A stretch of 64,000 nucleotides of DNA from Schmidtea nova (GCA_044892505.1 CM097884.1:14012001-14076000), one strand, 5' to 3'. Numbered from the stretch's first letter, positions 1-13,056 are shown. Numbers and translations: made by a program. Notes: generated by a model from the letters alone, not told the origin.

Positions 1-770
1 CATGCCCAAGGCTCTGAGCTGCCGCAGCAATGACAAACGTAGCCTTTCTGTCACTCAACTTGGTACGATCCAAGGCAGCTGCTAACTTTGGGGTAATCAC
101 ATTTGTTGCTGCTCTGCTTTTCTTACGGCGAGGTGATGAGAACTCAGCAGGCTTATCTGTGTCCGATTCAGGTTTATTGTCATCTTCACTACTGCTGCCA
201 AATCCTGCAACCATTGTGCTAACGGATGCCTCGCTTTCTGCTCTTTCACGTCTCTTCCTCTCCAAGTTTATTCTGACTGCTTTTCTCTCTTCCTTTTCAG
301 CTAATGCTCTATCAACTAATCCAAGGTAACCTCGTCGTCCTGGTTCTCGCTGTGCCAGCAGAAATTCTCTATCTTCCTCGATCTTCATAGTCGTTAGGGC
401 GTCGGCATGTGCAATGTCAAAAAGATTCTTCATTTTGGCGCAAAACTCATCTTCTCTGGCAACATGGAGCTCTGTCTTGCGATCTTTGTGCTTTTTTAGC
501 TGTGTCCAATCTTTGAATAGTTGCTCCAGCTTGGTGATTGCATGGTCTTTGCGACATGTCGGTATGCGGGCCTTGTTCCAAATTCCAGTCACCTGTTCGA
601 TCACATGTGCTGATGCCTGTCGTGTCTGCAGACCATGGGTTAGGTGGTGATGGAAAAACAAACCCAATGCTTCACCATTTGATGCAAGTCTGAGAGTAGA
701 AAGCACAGTAGTGGGTTGACCCAGTAGATAAACTGCAGTTTGACTTCGTGTTGTTATATCAAATTCTTCA
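1..770 (-). mobile_element. N-terminal part of a putative DNA-transposon protein (Cc8K15.2-like), running off the window edge
   Basis: Manually translated open frame: TRSQTAVYLLGQP...WNKARIPTCRKDHAITKL...LFDIAHADAL...EDREFLLAQREPGRRG...LAAALDRTKLSDRKA. I recall this pattern from widespread invertebrate transposon-derived proteins; superfamily not determined. Candidate splice acceptor at 772-771. Not in the ORF track because the frame has no stop inside the window. Confidence 0.55.
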
Positions 771-1288
771 CTACATCACAACAACAACATATCATACAAT
801 ACAATATTACACTAACACTGGTGTGTCACTGTGTCTACATGTGGAATGTTTACTTTCTGGCCTAAAAAATGGCAAATAGTGCATAATAACTGAATGTTCT
901 GAATGACAAAGCAGCAGCTAAAACATACAACACATGAAAAAGTTTACTCACCAAAAGGATGACGCCATTTCATAGAAAACTTAATAAAACTGCAAATTCC
1001 TAATCAGACAGTATTATTGATCAACAAAGATTATTTATTAGAGGTTAAATTAATTGTTTGGGATCAACTAACTAACAGAACTGGCCAAAATAAGTAGTGA
1101 GAAAATAAAAAATAGTTTCTAGAAGCTCATTTGCAGCGATTTTGATGAATTTCCAATTCCAAAGCTTGGGCGACCTCTAAACATCATCCAAAAATAAAAA
1201 TAAAATTAGCACAGCATCCTGTCATAATAACAAACAATTCTATGAGGTGGGAGCACAGGATTTCAACTTTTCAAAATTAAGGACCACC

Positions 1289-1291
<3 letters not shown>

Positions 1292-1362
<71 letters not shown>
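1292..1362. repeat. (TA)n microsatellite
   Basis: Pure TA run in the sequence. Confidence 0.98.
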
Positions 1363-1366
<4 letters not shown>

Positions 1367-1852
1367 AGTATTTGTTTTCAACAATATTCTTTACAATTGC
1401 TTGAAACTTAAAAATTACTATTATTGGTACTTTCCGGTTATCTCGACCTCATCAAAAAATGAACAATTTCAATTTAAAAAAGTTTTTAAACCAATTTAGG
1501 CAATAAACAACAAAATAATAATTATTATTTTTATTTGAATAATGAAGCTAAGGCAGTCGGGTGCGCTTGCAAACAGTTTCTGTTGAACACTTTTAGTGCG
1601 CAGAGGCGAATATGAAATTCATGCGCCATGTTTGCAAGTTACAGATTATCTGTAGGGCCTTGCATATTCAAGTGATGTTTTATCCAGTGTACCAGGTATA
1701 GTATATAACACAAATCTTTCGACTTTGTTTTATACTTACCTGGCGCGGAGAGATATTTTCGCGTCTCCTGCATAGCATTGAATAGAGCCAAAAGCTCGAA
1801 ACTAGTCTGCTATTGGGGATTTGCACTGTGTATCACAAAAAGTCACAAGCTT

Positions 1853-2816
1853 NNNNNNNNNNNNNNNNNNNNNNNNNNNNNNNNNNNNNNNNNNNNNNNN
1901 NNNNNNNNNNNNNNNNNNNNNNNNNNNNNNNNNNNNNNNNNNNNNNNNNNNNNNNNNNNNNNNNNNNNNNNNNNNNNNNNNNNNNNNNNNNNNNNNNNNN
2001 NNNNNNNNNNNNNNNNNNNNNNNNNNNNNNNNNNNNNNNNNNNNNNNNNNNNNNNNNNNNNNNNNNNNNNNNNNNNNNNNNNNNNNNNNNNNNNNNNNNN
2101 NNNNNNNNNNNNNNNNNNNNNNNNNNNNNNNNNNNNNNNNNNNNNNNNNNNNNNNNNNNNNNNNNNNNNNNNNNNNNNNNNNNNNNNNNNNNNNNNNNNN
2201 NNNNNNNNNNNNNNNNNNNNNNNNNNNNNNNNNNNNNNNNNNNNNNNNNNNNNNNNNNNNNNNNNNNNNNNNNNNNNNNNNNNNNNNNNNNNNNNNNNNN
2301 NNNNNNNNNNNNNNNNNNNNNNNNNNNNNNNNNNNNNNNNNNNNNNNNNNNNNNNNNNNNNNNNNNNNNNNNNNNNNNNNNNNNNNNNNNNNNNNNNNNN
2401 NNNNNNNNNNNNNNNNNNNNNNNNNNNNNNNNNNNNNNNNNNNNNNNNNNNNNNNNNNNNNNNNNNNNNNNNNNNNNNNNNNNNNNNNNNNNNNNNNNNN
2501 NNNNNNNNNNNNNNNNNNNNNNNNNNNNNNNNNNNNNNNNNNNNNNNNNNNNNNNNNNNNNNNNNNNNNNNNNNNNNNNNNNNNNNNNNNNNNNNNNNNN
2601 NNNNNNNNNNNNNNNNNNNNNNNNNNNNNNNNNNNNNNNNNNNNNNNNNNNNNNNNNNNNNNNNNNNNNNNNNNNNNNNNNNNNNNNNNNNNNNNNNNNN
2701 NNNNNNNNNNNNNNNNNNNNNNNNNNNNNNNNNNNNNNNNNNNNNNNNNNNNNNNNNNNNNNNNNNNNNNNNNNNNNNNNNNNNNNNNNNNNNNNNNNNN
2801 NNNNNNNNNNNNNNNN
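1853..2816. other. Assembly gap (N run)
   Basis: N characters. Confidence 1.
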
Positions 2817-2849
2817 ACTATAGATCAAAATTTTTTTTTATAAACAATA

Positions 2850-2882
2850 CCACAATATTTCGGCACAGCCTTTATCAAGTGT
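2850..2882 (-). ncRNA. Minimal type-I hammerhead-like motif in pLTR (weakened stem I)
   Basis: ACAC-UUGAUAAA-GGC/UGU/GCC-GAAAUAUU-GUGG. Confidence 0.5.
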
Positions 2883-2953
2883 GTATTTCTATCGTTATAT
2901 TTACTTAATCCTAAATAGTAGCCTTAATTATTTTTTAATATTTTATAATGATT

Positions 2954-5557
2954 TTATTGGATGAAAAAATTTATTTTAATTTTTTTGTGCGAATTGAATG
3001 TTGATGGACGGTTTGTATATTTTATGAAAAAAGTCTCGGAAGCTAATCTTTGTAATGAATTTTTGAATCCCTCTTGTAGAATCTGGCATTTTGTTTCTTC
3101 ATAGATGGAGTTGTTTTATGTACTTTTTCCCAGTGTTCGTAATAATTATTGGTTTTGTTTTTAGTGTGTTCATTCAGTCGGGTGCGAAAAGTTCTATGTG
3201 TTTCTCCTATGTAAGTAGCGTCACATTTTTGGCAAGAAAGTTTATATACTATATTATTGGAAAAGCAAAAGCATCGGGTTGTGGAACGGCAAAGACATTT
3301 ATGTTTTGAGATGTTAGAAATTGGTGGCTTTCGGAGTTGTGATTTTAACGGTGCGGAGGTTATGAAAGTAGAACGGATGTGGATAGGCAAATCTGTTTGA
3401 TTAAAAATGTTGGTGATTTTGTTGGCTGTAGTGTCATTTAGGAAATGTAATCTTAGATATGTTGTGTGTTTGTTATTGTTATTGTGTTTCTGGCGTTTCC
3501 TATTGTTGCGTTTATTGTGGTATGGTTCGTTAAGGAAGTATTTCTTTACAAATTCTTCAGGGTATCCATTTTGGAGGAATCGTATTTTGAAGTTTTCTAA
3601 TGTTTCTTGTATTTTGTTTGAGTCTGAACAGTTTCTTATGGCTCTTTTTCTTTCTCCTATTAGTAATGCGATTTTGCGTTGAAGTGGAACGTAGCTTTTC
3701 CATGGGAGGATATGACCACTATGTAAACTTTTAGAATATAGCTCGGTGTTTGCATTTAGTGTATCTTGGCCTTTTGTGAAACTTACTATGGTATCTAAAA
3801 CGGTATTTTACCTTCTGTGTTCGGTGTTTCAAAAGTGAATTGTATGTTGGTGTTAGTAGAATTTGCGTGTGATAGGATTTGATTGAGAGGGATTGTGGAG
3901 ACTATGAAGATGTCGTCGATGTATCGTTTCCAGAAAAGTATTTTGTCCCCAAAAAAAGATATGATCTTAGATTCTATAAAGTTCGTGTAGAAGATGGCTA
4001 AGATGGGAGAAAGGTTATTACCCATGGCTAATCCATGAATTTGTTTGAATGGTTTTTCTTTAATTATGACAGTATCTGAATTTATTGCTAATTTTAGAAG
4101 TTCTATAAAGTCTTGTTTAGTTAAGTCTGCGAGGTCAGTGTTGGCTTTATGAGTTTCAAAGAAAGAAGCTGCGATATCGAAAATATTATTCTCTCCGTGA
4201 AGAGGAATAGATCCGTAAAGATTGGAAACATCAAGAGATCCCCAGAAGTACTGTTGTCCTGAGGTTAACGGAAGAGACGTATTTGTAATTTCGGAGACGA
4301 ATTCAGTTGTGTTTTTAAGATGACAAGGAACTAAAGGCAAAAGTGTTTTTAGGATTTCTGAAAGAACTTTAGAAAGTGTTGTGGAAGGAGTGTCAACTGC
4401 AGATACAAGAAGTCTGCCTTTTAAAGGATTTTTGTGATCTTTAGGTAACATAGTCATATTACTAGGTAAGGGCTCACTACAGTTGCATTTTAAAAGTAAA
4501 TCTTTGATTTGAAGGTTGATTTGTTTATTTGCAAGTGTTGACAGTTTCTTATTGTATAAAATCTGAGTCGATGCAGGCAAGATTATTTTGTTTATCGGTT
4601 CATAGTTCGAGAGATGTTCTTCAAATAGAGTATTGTATTGTTCTGTGTCAAGGGCAATTAGTCGATTGGTTTTATCTGATGGAAGAATTGTGAAGTCTTT
4701 GGAATTCTTAATTTTCTTTATGTCTGAAGTGAAAGAATTTTGTGTTGAGCAATGTTTTTCAAGAAAGATAATTATTTCTTTGACTAAAGTTTTGACTTTA
4801 GTTTCTAAAAAGCTGATTTTTTCTTCAAGTTCAGTCGAAAAGACAGGCATATTTGGATATGTTCTACGATTTGGATCCAGAAGATGATTGTGCTTTTCCG
4901 CTAAACTTGAAGATTTGGTGGATGAAATTGGTTTTAGATGGTAACCTATTTGTCTTCTTAGGCTTATAAGAGAGGCGTTAGTGATGATTTCGGCTTTTTC
5001 TAAATCTTTCTGGTTAGGTGGAGGAACAAAAGATGGTCCTAGAGCGAGGACCATTTCTTGTGTTTTGGAAAAAATGTGATTAGATTTGTTTGTAAATAGA
5101 AGAATTGAATTTGTGTGTGAGTTAGTGTCTTTAGTGTTGTTTGAATTTGTTGAAAGTAGCTTTTCTAATTTTTTATGCTTGCGAATGTCGAGATTTTTGG
5201 AGAAATTCTGGCAACAAGTATTATCTTCACAAGTAAGAGGAGCACAAGGAAAACTAGTAAATTCATTTATCTTTTTGTAACAAGCTGAAGCCATTCTTTT
5301 TCCTGTTTTTCCTTAAGCTTCAATGCTTGTAAAGATGGATAGGTTGATTCCAGTTTGTTGGTAACAGTCAGGCCCACGGTAATGATGTTTCTTCTTTTGC
5401 ATTCTTTTAAAAAATGTAAGTGTGATTTGATTTTGATGATTTTGAGACTATAAAATAACGATAGATCTACTCGGTGATGGGCGTCCGCCAATATACTATC
5501 ATAATTATCTTTTTTCACCTTTGATCTTTTTTTATTATTATTATCAATAAATCTCAT
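2954..5557 (-). pseudogene. PLE RT-GIY-YIG ORF split by about three 1-bp frameshifts (~5275, ~3797, ~3110)
   Basis: ORF pieces 5267-5557, 3795-5294 (SLDVSNLY, GLAMGNNLSP, WKRYIDD) and 3043-3390 (IVYKLSC..CDATYIGET). The indels at ~3797 and ~3110 are visible against the intact + copy. They lie in or near homopolymers and may be sequencing errors. Confidence 0.85.
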
Positions 5558-5594
5558 AATGACTATAGATCAAAATTTTTTTTTATAAACAATA

Positions 5595-5627
5595 ACACAA
5601 TATTTCGGCACAGCCTTTATCAAGTGT
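5595..5627 (-). ncRNA. Minimal type-I hammerhead-like motif in pLTR
   Basis: Stem I ACAC/GUGU, core UUGAUAA (U3-A8 variant of CUGANGA), stem II GGC/GCC, GAAA, palindromic stem III AUAU, cleavage triplet AUU. Confidence 0.6.
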
Positions 5628-5789
5628 GTATTTCTATCGTTATATTTACTTAATCCTAAATAGTAGCCTTAATTATTTTTTTAATATTTTATAATGATTT
5701 TATTGGATGAAAAAATTTATTTTAATTTTTTTGTGCGAATTGAATGTTGATGGACGGTTTCTATTTTTTTTGAAGAAAGTCTCGGAAAT

Positions 5790-7589
5790 TGCTCAACACA
5801 AAATTCTTTCACTTCGAACATAAAGAAAATTAAGAATTCCAAAGACTTCACAATTCTTCCATCAGATAAAACAAATCGACTAATTGCTCTTTACACAGAA
5901 CAATACAATACTCTATTTGAAGAACATCTCTCGAACTATGAACCGATAAACAAAATAATCTTGCCTGCATCGACTCAGATTTTATACAATAAGAAACTGT
6001 CAACACTTGCAAATAAACAAATCAACCTTCAAATCAAAGATTTACTTTTAAAATGCAACTGTAGTGAGCCCTTACCTAGTAATATGACTATGTTACCTAA
6101 AGATCACAAAAATCCTTTAAAAGGCAGACTTCTTGTATCTGCAGTTGACACTCCTTCCACAACACTTTCTAAAGTTCTTTCAGAAATCCTAAAAACACTT
6201 TTGCCTTTAGTTCCTTGTCATCTTAAAAACACAACTGAATTCGTCTCCGAAATTACAAATACGTCTCTTCCGTTAACCTCAGGACAACAGTACTTCTGGG
6301 GATCTCTTGATGTTTCCAATCTTTACGGATCTATTCCTCTTCACGGAGAGAATAATATTTTCGATATCGCAGCTTCTTTCTTTGAAACTCATAAAGCCAA
6401 CACTGACCTCGCAGACTTAACTAAACAAGACTTTATAGAACTTCTAAAATTAGCAATAAATTCAGATACTGTCATAATTAAAGAAAAACCATTCAAACAA
6501 ATTCATGGATTAGCCATGGGTAATAACCTTTCTCCCATCTTAGCCATCTTCTACACGAACTTTATAGAATCTAAGATCATATCTTTTTTTGGGGACAAAA
6601 TACTTTTCTGGAAACGATACATCGACGACATCTTCATAGTCTCCACAATCCCTCTCAATCAAATCCTATCACACGCAAATTCTACTAACACCAACATACA
6701 ATTCACTTTTGAAACACCGAACACAGAAGGTAAAATACCGTTTTTAGATACCATAGTAAGTTTCACAAACGGCCAAGATACACTAAATGGAAACACCGAG
6801 CTATATTCTAAAAGTTTACATAGTGGTCATATCCTCCCATGGAAAAGCCACGTTCCACTTCAACGCAAAATCGCATTACTATTAGGAGAAAGAAAAAGAG
6901 CCATAAGAAACTGTTCAGACTCAAACAAAATACAAGAAACATTAGAAAACTTCAAAAAACGATTCCTCCAAAATGGATACCCTGAAGAATTTGTAAAGAA
7001 ACACTTCCTTAACGAACCATACCACAATAAACGCAACAATAGGAAACGCCAGAAACACAATAACAATAACAAACACACAACATATATAAGATTACCTTTC
7101 CTAAATGACACTACAGCCAACAAAATCACCAACATTTTTAATCAAACAGATTTGCCTATCCACATCCGTTCTACTTTCATAACCTCCGCACCGTTAAAAT
7201 CACAACTCCGAAAGCCACCAATTTCTAACATCTCAAAACATAAATGTCTTAGTCGTTCCACAACCCGATGCTTTTGCTTTTCCAAAAATATAGTATATAA
7301 ACTTTCTTGCCAAAAATGTGACGCTATTTACATAGGAGAAACACATAGAACTTTTCGCACCCGACTTAATGAACACACTAAAATCAAAACCAGTAATTAT
7401 TACGAACACTGGGAAAAAGTACATAAAACAACTCCATCTATAGAAGAAACAAAATGCCAGATTCTACAAGAGGGATTCAAAAATTCATTACAAAGATTAG
7501 CTTCCGAGACTTTTTTCATAAAAAATACAAACGGTCCATCAACATTCAATTCGCACAAAAAAATTAAAATAATTTTTTTCATCCAATAA
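5790..7589 (+). CDS. Open PLE RT + GIY-YIG endonuclease frame (5'-truncated, no native start)
   Basis: ORF track 5961-7589; the frame stays open back to 5790. RT motifs LDVSNLY, QIHGLAMG, RYIDD. GIY-YIG motif NIVYKLSCQKCDAIYIGETHRTFRTRLNEH. Confidence 0.85.
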   Translation, partial: CSTQNSFTSNIKKIKNSKDFTILPSDKTNRLIALYTEQYNTLFEEHLSNYEPINKIILPASTQILYNKKLSTLANKQINLQIKDLLLKCNCSEPLPSNMTMLPKDHKNPLKGRLLVSAVDTPSTTLSKVLSEILKTLLPLVPCHLKNTTEFVSEITNTSLPLTSGQQYFWGSLDVSNLYGSIPLHGENNIFDIAASFFETHKANTDLADLTKQDFIELLKLAINSDTVIIKEKPFKQIHGLAMGNNLSPILAIFYTNFIESKIISFFGDKILFWKRYIDDIFIVSTIPLNQILSHANSTNTNIQFTFETPNTEGKIPFLDTIVSFTNGQDTLNGNTELYSKSLHSGHILPWKSHVPLQRKIALLLGERKRAIRNCSDSNKIQETLENFKKRFLQNGYPEEFVKKHFLNEPYHNKRNNRKRQKHNNNNKHTTYIRLPFLNDTTANKITNIFNQTDLPIHIRSTFITSAPLKSQLRKPPISNISKHKCLSRSTTRCFCFSKNIVYKLSCQKCDAIYIGETHRTFRTRLNEHTKIKTSNYYEHWEKVHKTTPSIEETKCQILQEGFKNSLQRLASETFFIKNTNGPSTFNSHKKIKIIFFIQ

Positions 7590-7661
7590 AATCATTATAA
7601 AATATTAAAAAAATAATTAAGGCTACTATTTAGGATTAAGTAAATATAACGATAGAAATAC

Positions 7662-7694
7662 ACACTTGATAAAGGCTGTGCCGAAATATTGGAG
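7662..7694 (+). ncRNA. Hammerhead-like motif with disrupted stem I
   Basis: Same core, but the 3' strand of stem I reads GGAG instead of GUGU. Confidence 0.45.
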
Positions 7695-8024
7695 TTATTG
7701 TTTATAAAAAAACATTTTGATCTATAGTCATTATGAGAATTATTGATAATAATAATAAAAAAAGATCAAAGGTGAAAAAAGATAATTATGATATTATTAT
7801 TATGGTTATTGTTTATTTTTATTTTAATTATTATTATTTATTATTATTATTTATTATTTTATTATTAATATTATTATTTATTATAATTATTATTTATTAT
7901 TATTATGATATTATTATTATTGTTATTATCATAATTATCTTTTTTCACCTTTGATCTTTTTTTATTATTATTATCAATAATTCTCATAATGACTATAGAT
8001 CAAAATTTTTTTTTATAAACAATA

Positions 8025-8057
8025 ACACAATATTTCGGCACAGCCTTTATCAAGTGT
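8025..8057 (-). ncRNA. Minimal type-I hammerhead-like motif
   Basis: Same motif as 5595-5627. Confidence 0.6.
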
Positions 8058-8119
8058 GTATTTCTATCGTTATATTTACTTAATCCTTAAGGATTAAGTA
8101 AATATAACGATAGAAATAC

Positions 8120-8152
8120 ACACTTGATAAAGGCTGTGCCGAAATATTGTGT
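8120..8152 (+). ncRNA. Minimal type-I hammerhead-like motif
   Basis: Same motif, other arm of the palindrome. Confidence 0.6.
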
Positions 8153-8210
8153 TATTGTTTATAAAAAAAAATTTTGATCTATAGTCATTATGAGAATTAT
8201 TGATAATAAT

Positions 8211-8296
8211 TATTGTTATTGTTTATTATTATTTTAATTATTATTATTTATTATTATTTATTATTTAATTATTAATATTATTATTTATTATAATTA

Positions 8297-8360
<64 letters not shown>

Positions 8361-8370
8361 TATTATTATT
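8211..8370. repeat. (ATT)n microsatellite / low-complexity tract
   Basis: Direct reading. Confidence 0.9.
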
Positions 8371-11300
8371 AATCAGATAAAATATGATAAGGATGAATGT
8401 TTATTTTTATAAAAAATAATCCATTCCACCATAAAGTAGGTTATTCATAAGTTGACATGAAGTTGATCATAAACCGTAAACTACCTTACGATGATGATTA
8501 ATTAAATAAAAAAGAAATTTTTAATTGAGCCTAATATTTCTTTTTCATTATATTTTTTTATAATTTTTAATATTTTCAAAATTATATAAACAAATAAATA
8601 TTGAATTTTTAAGCAAAAAACATTTTATTTCATTATGCAGTGGGTTTTGTGGATGTAGATAATATAATAATCAAAAAATACTTATTTATTATGTTAAAAT
8701 TGTAGGAATTTATTGTGTAGAATTTATAAAATTAATTTTTGATTTGCTATCAAACGCCCAAATTGCAATTTTAGCATTTGATCCAATAATTCGACTTTCT
8801 GTTTTGTTACCTATATTTTTTGATAAATATCGAAAGCTGTAACATGATCGGCCATGTTGAAGTATTTGAATGGATATTTATTAACTAATTTACTTGATAC
8901 AAAATAATTAATCAAAAATTAAATTAATTATTAATGAAATATTACAAAATATACTAATGTAATTTGTATTGAAAATGTAATTTCCCAATTATTAATATTG
9001 AAATCGATTAATATATACTTTGCATTAGAAAATAATTTAATCAATATATAAATCTGAAATATTAATATTATCTTGTTTAGGTGAGAAAGTCCCTTCATGA
9101 CAACGTAAAAAAAATAAAAAGCAATATAAGTGATCTTCAAGCGAAAGTGGATAAAATATAAATGCTTTTTGTCGCAAGGTCTCAATTTCATATATGGTGA
9201 TTGTATCCGGAATGTTGTATCGTATATATATAACCGTTACTAATGGATTTTATAAAATGTGGTTTAATTGATTTATTGCAATAATATTTTTGCGTAACAT
9301 TTGAGATATTTATATTATAGCAATTCTGTTAATGGTTTGGTAAGTCATAAAAATTTATTCCTTCCTATAGAAATGGCATAATTTTATGAATTGAGAGATT
9401 AATTAAAAGAAATGATAACGGTCATCGTATTAAAAACTCGTAATATGTATTTTGTGGAGACTGTGTAAAATATTTGACTAAATAAAATAATTTAAGTTGA
9501 TCATAAATGAAATGGTAACATAACAGATGCCAATAAGTTGGAAACTCTATCTATTTTAGAACGGAAAACTGGAAACAAGTGGCAATTGAAAAGGGATGAT
9601 ATTATTTTGGTTGCGGCATACCAATGTTGTCATAGTTTTATTCATTCCGCGTACAGTTCAAGACTAAATTTTCTAACCAACTTCACCATCAAATTTAACT
9701 AAGTTATTATAATTATAAAAAATTTATAAACATAACTTTTATATGTATATGATAATTGTCCAACAATCATGTTGTACCGTCATTAGTCCCTTAGGTAGAC
9801 CGTTAGTTAACTTGAATTCTTCTAGCTTTTTGACCCATTTTTCTATCTAATTTGCGCCCACACATCCAAGATCGCTTCATCTCATACTAAGCTATATGAG
9901 GAGTAGTGACTAGGCCAAGGACAAGGTGTTTTTAAAGTAATGTATCATTATTTATAATAATATTATTATTTGATTTTATAACGCTACATTCAATATCAAT
10001 ACACCAAATATATAAGTAAAATATAGTGATGTCAGCTCGAAGATAACTTTTCTCATAATAGAGCACATCTAGTTGTAATTAAAATTTTAGTCAACAGTAT
10101 CTTACAAAGGTAGTCAATTTACTCATGAAATGCTAAAAGTTTGGTCGATGAAAATTCGTAATTTCACTTATAAAAAGGGGTTACCTTGTCGTACCGAACC
10201 TCTTGATCATTGAGCTTTCAAATACTACTTCCAACAGAATATAAATAAAATACCACATCCCCTTGAGAAACTTTATTAAACACAACAGCAAAAATCTACT
10301 GACCTCGTAAAAAGCCGAAATTCAAAAGTATTAAAATTTCAATAGCAGCGTAATTTCATTGAGTTCGGTGTCTGACATACAACATCCTGGGTGACCGAGT
10401 GGATAATTGTGCCTGGAATGCGAGAAATTCACTTGAAATTATCACTTTGAGAAATGATAGAAAGTCCAGTAAACTGTTATTAATGGCATCAATAAAACTG
10501 ATTTATTCAAAACAGAGTTAGGTCAAACAATATTTATTTGCTCCAGCAGAGTATTGTTCCCACAATCATCGATCAATTGTCAGAAAATATTAAGTTCCAC
10601 GAATAGCCGACTGAGAATAACTCCACGCACATAATATCGAATACAAATATATATAGGGCACCAATAGTGAATCACTCGAAGCAAAATATAACGATCACAA
10701 ACCCACATACAATCAGTATTGTCACAACTTTAGATAAACTACCCTGTTAATCGTCCTACAAGTGATGATAATTTGGCCGACTTGAAAAATTCCATTGCTA
10801 TAATTGTGATGTTCTATTTTCAGAATACCTGACCTTGGCAAAGTTTATCTGATTATATAGATTATGGCCTTTAAGAGAAAAAAAAATCTCCAATTTAGAA
10901 AACAATGTTACCAGTTTTAATCTGATGAAATTCTTCTACCGAGTTTTTATACTTGCTAAAACGAAATATAGGCTACAGGTCATGTTTGGAATTTCAATCT
11001 AAATATAGGTGATTATCAATATGTTATACACCAAAGGGCGCAAATTAAGGGCCAGACAGGCAACAATTAAAGTATTTATAATATCCAATTATTTTATATA
11101 TAGAAAAAATATATATACCTACTGCAGATAAGGACAAAGATAAAAAGCAGTCATAAATGACGGGCCTATACTATAGAAAATAAGAAAAATAAATTAAGTT
11201 GAAAAAACATACTTACACAACACACAAAAAACTATCATGATAAGTACCAACATATGGACATAATTTAAGTGACAATCTTTAATTAAGGGATTTTAAAAAA

Positions 11301-11855
11301 TCATTATTTATGAAGATATTTCAGAAGCTTCGCTTGAATCAACCATGACAATAATGAAGAGGATCAAGCAGAAATGTACATTTACAATTATATTAAAAAA
11401 TTAATTAAAAAATACTTTTAGAAATGCAGAAAATGAAGCTATACTGCTTCAAACGGCCGAAACGCTAGAAAGAAAACATCGAAAAGCGTAACAAATTCGA
11501 ATTTTTATTTTTTGATACATAACACAACAAGCATGGCACTAAAATAATTAACAACAAACGCCAATCTTACATTCAAATATAAATCGATTTTTTCGAACAA
11601 ATTAGTATTAATTTTTAAAATAAAATATATAATTTAAATTCAAATATAGTCAAAAAATTTAAATCGATTTAAAATTTAAATAAATTAATCTTAAAAATAT
11701 TATATTCTTTTATTTTTATACAAAAAAAATATTTTTTTTTAAGAATATATTATAAATATTTTCATATTTATAAACAACAGAATGATTGAAAACGAAATCC
11801 ATAATCCCCAATTGAAAATGCTCTAAAAATCGAGTACTTAAATTTTTATAGATAT

Positions 11856-12233
11856 TCTGAACATGACAAAAAATCGCTAATAGAAGTAATGAAACGGGTT
11901 GAAAACTATGAAGAATTTGGCCGGCAAATGGGTTTCAACATAAAACTATTAAAACATAGTGTCGATGTGGAAAAAACTGTCCTTGAAACATCATAGAAAA
12001 GAAGCAAATATGTCAGCATAATAACTGCAGAAAATGGAATACAATTATTAGATTTTCTGGACCACAATTATTGGGTTACTTTGAAAGAAATGAAAAACTT
12101 CCTGGATACAATTCGTTGCAATGCATCCACAAAAACAATATCCAAATTTTCAAAAGATAAGCTGATTATAAAATTCATACGGAATTACTCAAAAGATTTG
12201 TGGACCATATTTTCATTTGAAAAATTATTATGA
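11856..12233 (+). pseudogene. Decayed Tc1/IS630-like transposase N-terminal (HTH) fragment
   Basis: Manual translation with one internal stop: ...LLDFLDHNYWVTLKEMKNFLDTIRCNASTKTISKF... resembles the TLxELxxxL...SxSTISR helix pattern. Weak. Confidence 0.3.
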
Positions 12234-13019
12234 TCATATTAAAAGGTTCTTCTCAAAGTCTATTCAAAGAGGAAATCTTAGAGACATGTAAATAGGCAAA
12301 CGTAATTTTATTGTTGAATAAAAATTATAATAACTTACCTTTTCAATAATTTATAAATATCTAAAAAATATATATTTATAAAATAATTAGATACTTAACT
12401 TAAAATATTAAATAAAATATGTAATCAAATTAAACTATGGTAAAACAGCTTTAAATTATGATTAAAAACATAATTAACAATAATTACTCACCATTTGCCT
12501 GTAATGAGTGTCTGTGACCCTTAACTACAGACTGTTGGTGTATTATGGAAAAAAGGTAACCATAGTATAACGTATTCAATCAGGTTGCCGGATAATGTCG
12601 AATAAACGAGAACCCTAAAAATTTATGAAATTTTAAAATTCTGTATAGAAATTTTAATTATACTGTTGGATCCACCATTTGGTCCACATTTAGCATAAAA
12701 AATAATAATAATAAGAGAGAAAATAAGAATAAATTAAAATAAATATAATTATGAAAATATCAGTAAAAACGAATTAAAATGTAATAAAGAATATTAATTT
12801 AATATAAAAAAATTGGAAGAAAATAAATGTATAATGTAAAAACGTTAAAGAAAATGATATTTAATTATATTTAAATAATAAGAAAGCGAAATAAATAAGT
12901 AAAAAAGAAGAAGAATTAATAAAAATTCGATAAATTAAAACCAGAAAATGCAAATCATATTTGCTAATAAAATTGATTTTATTTTTAATAGAATTGCATT
13001 GATGACCATCAGATTGATG

Positions 13020-13056
13020 CTGATTGGTCAATGAACTGATCTGGTCAGTATAAATA
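13020..13056 (+). promoter_or_regulatory. LTR promoter: inverted CCAAT (CTGATTGGTCAAT) plus TATAAATA
   Basis: The same pair of motifs, in the same order, occurs in the divergent family-2 LTR (39310-39273, minus). Copy in the 3' LTR at 29768-29804. Confidence 0.65.

Larger units (their letters stand above)
2817..5787 (-). mobile_element. Near full-length Penelope-like element (PLE) with pseudo-LTR
   Basis: RT + GIY-YIG coding region on the minus strand. Segment 5561-5787 is a direct repeat of the 3' end at 2817-3049, the partial-tandem pLTR layout typical of PLEs. Confidence 0.9.
5788..7795 (+). mobile_element. 5'-truncated inverted Penelope copy
   Basis: Reverse-complement match, with scattered substitutions, to 2817-4760 of the minus-strand copy. 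Inversion junction at ~5788. Confidence 0.9.
7967..8210. repeat. Spacerless ~244-bp palindrome made of two pLTR fragments
   Basis: Centre CCTT|AAGG at 8088/8089; arms are reverse-complementary for ~122 bp by eye. Confidence 0.9.

Noticed and set aside
1778-2908. Long ORFs in the track over N runs (also 34235-34520 and 49621-49815)
   Set aside because: Artefacts of translating assembly gaps.
7733-7954. 73-aa ORF
   Set aside because: Begins like the PLE ORF start, then runs into ATT low-complexity sequence.
8400-11800. Possible exons or decayed coding fragments
   Set aside because: Frames I tried by hand gave no recognisable motif; not supportable without searches.
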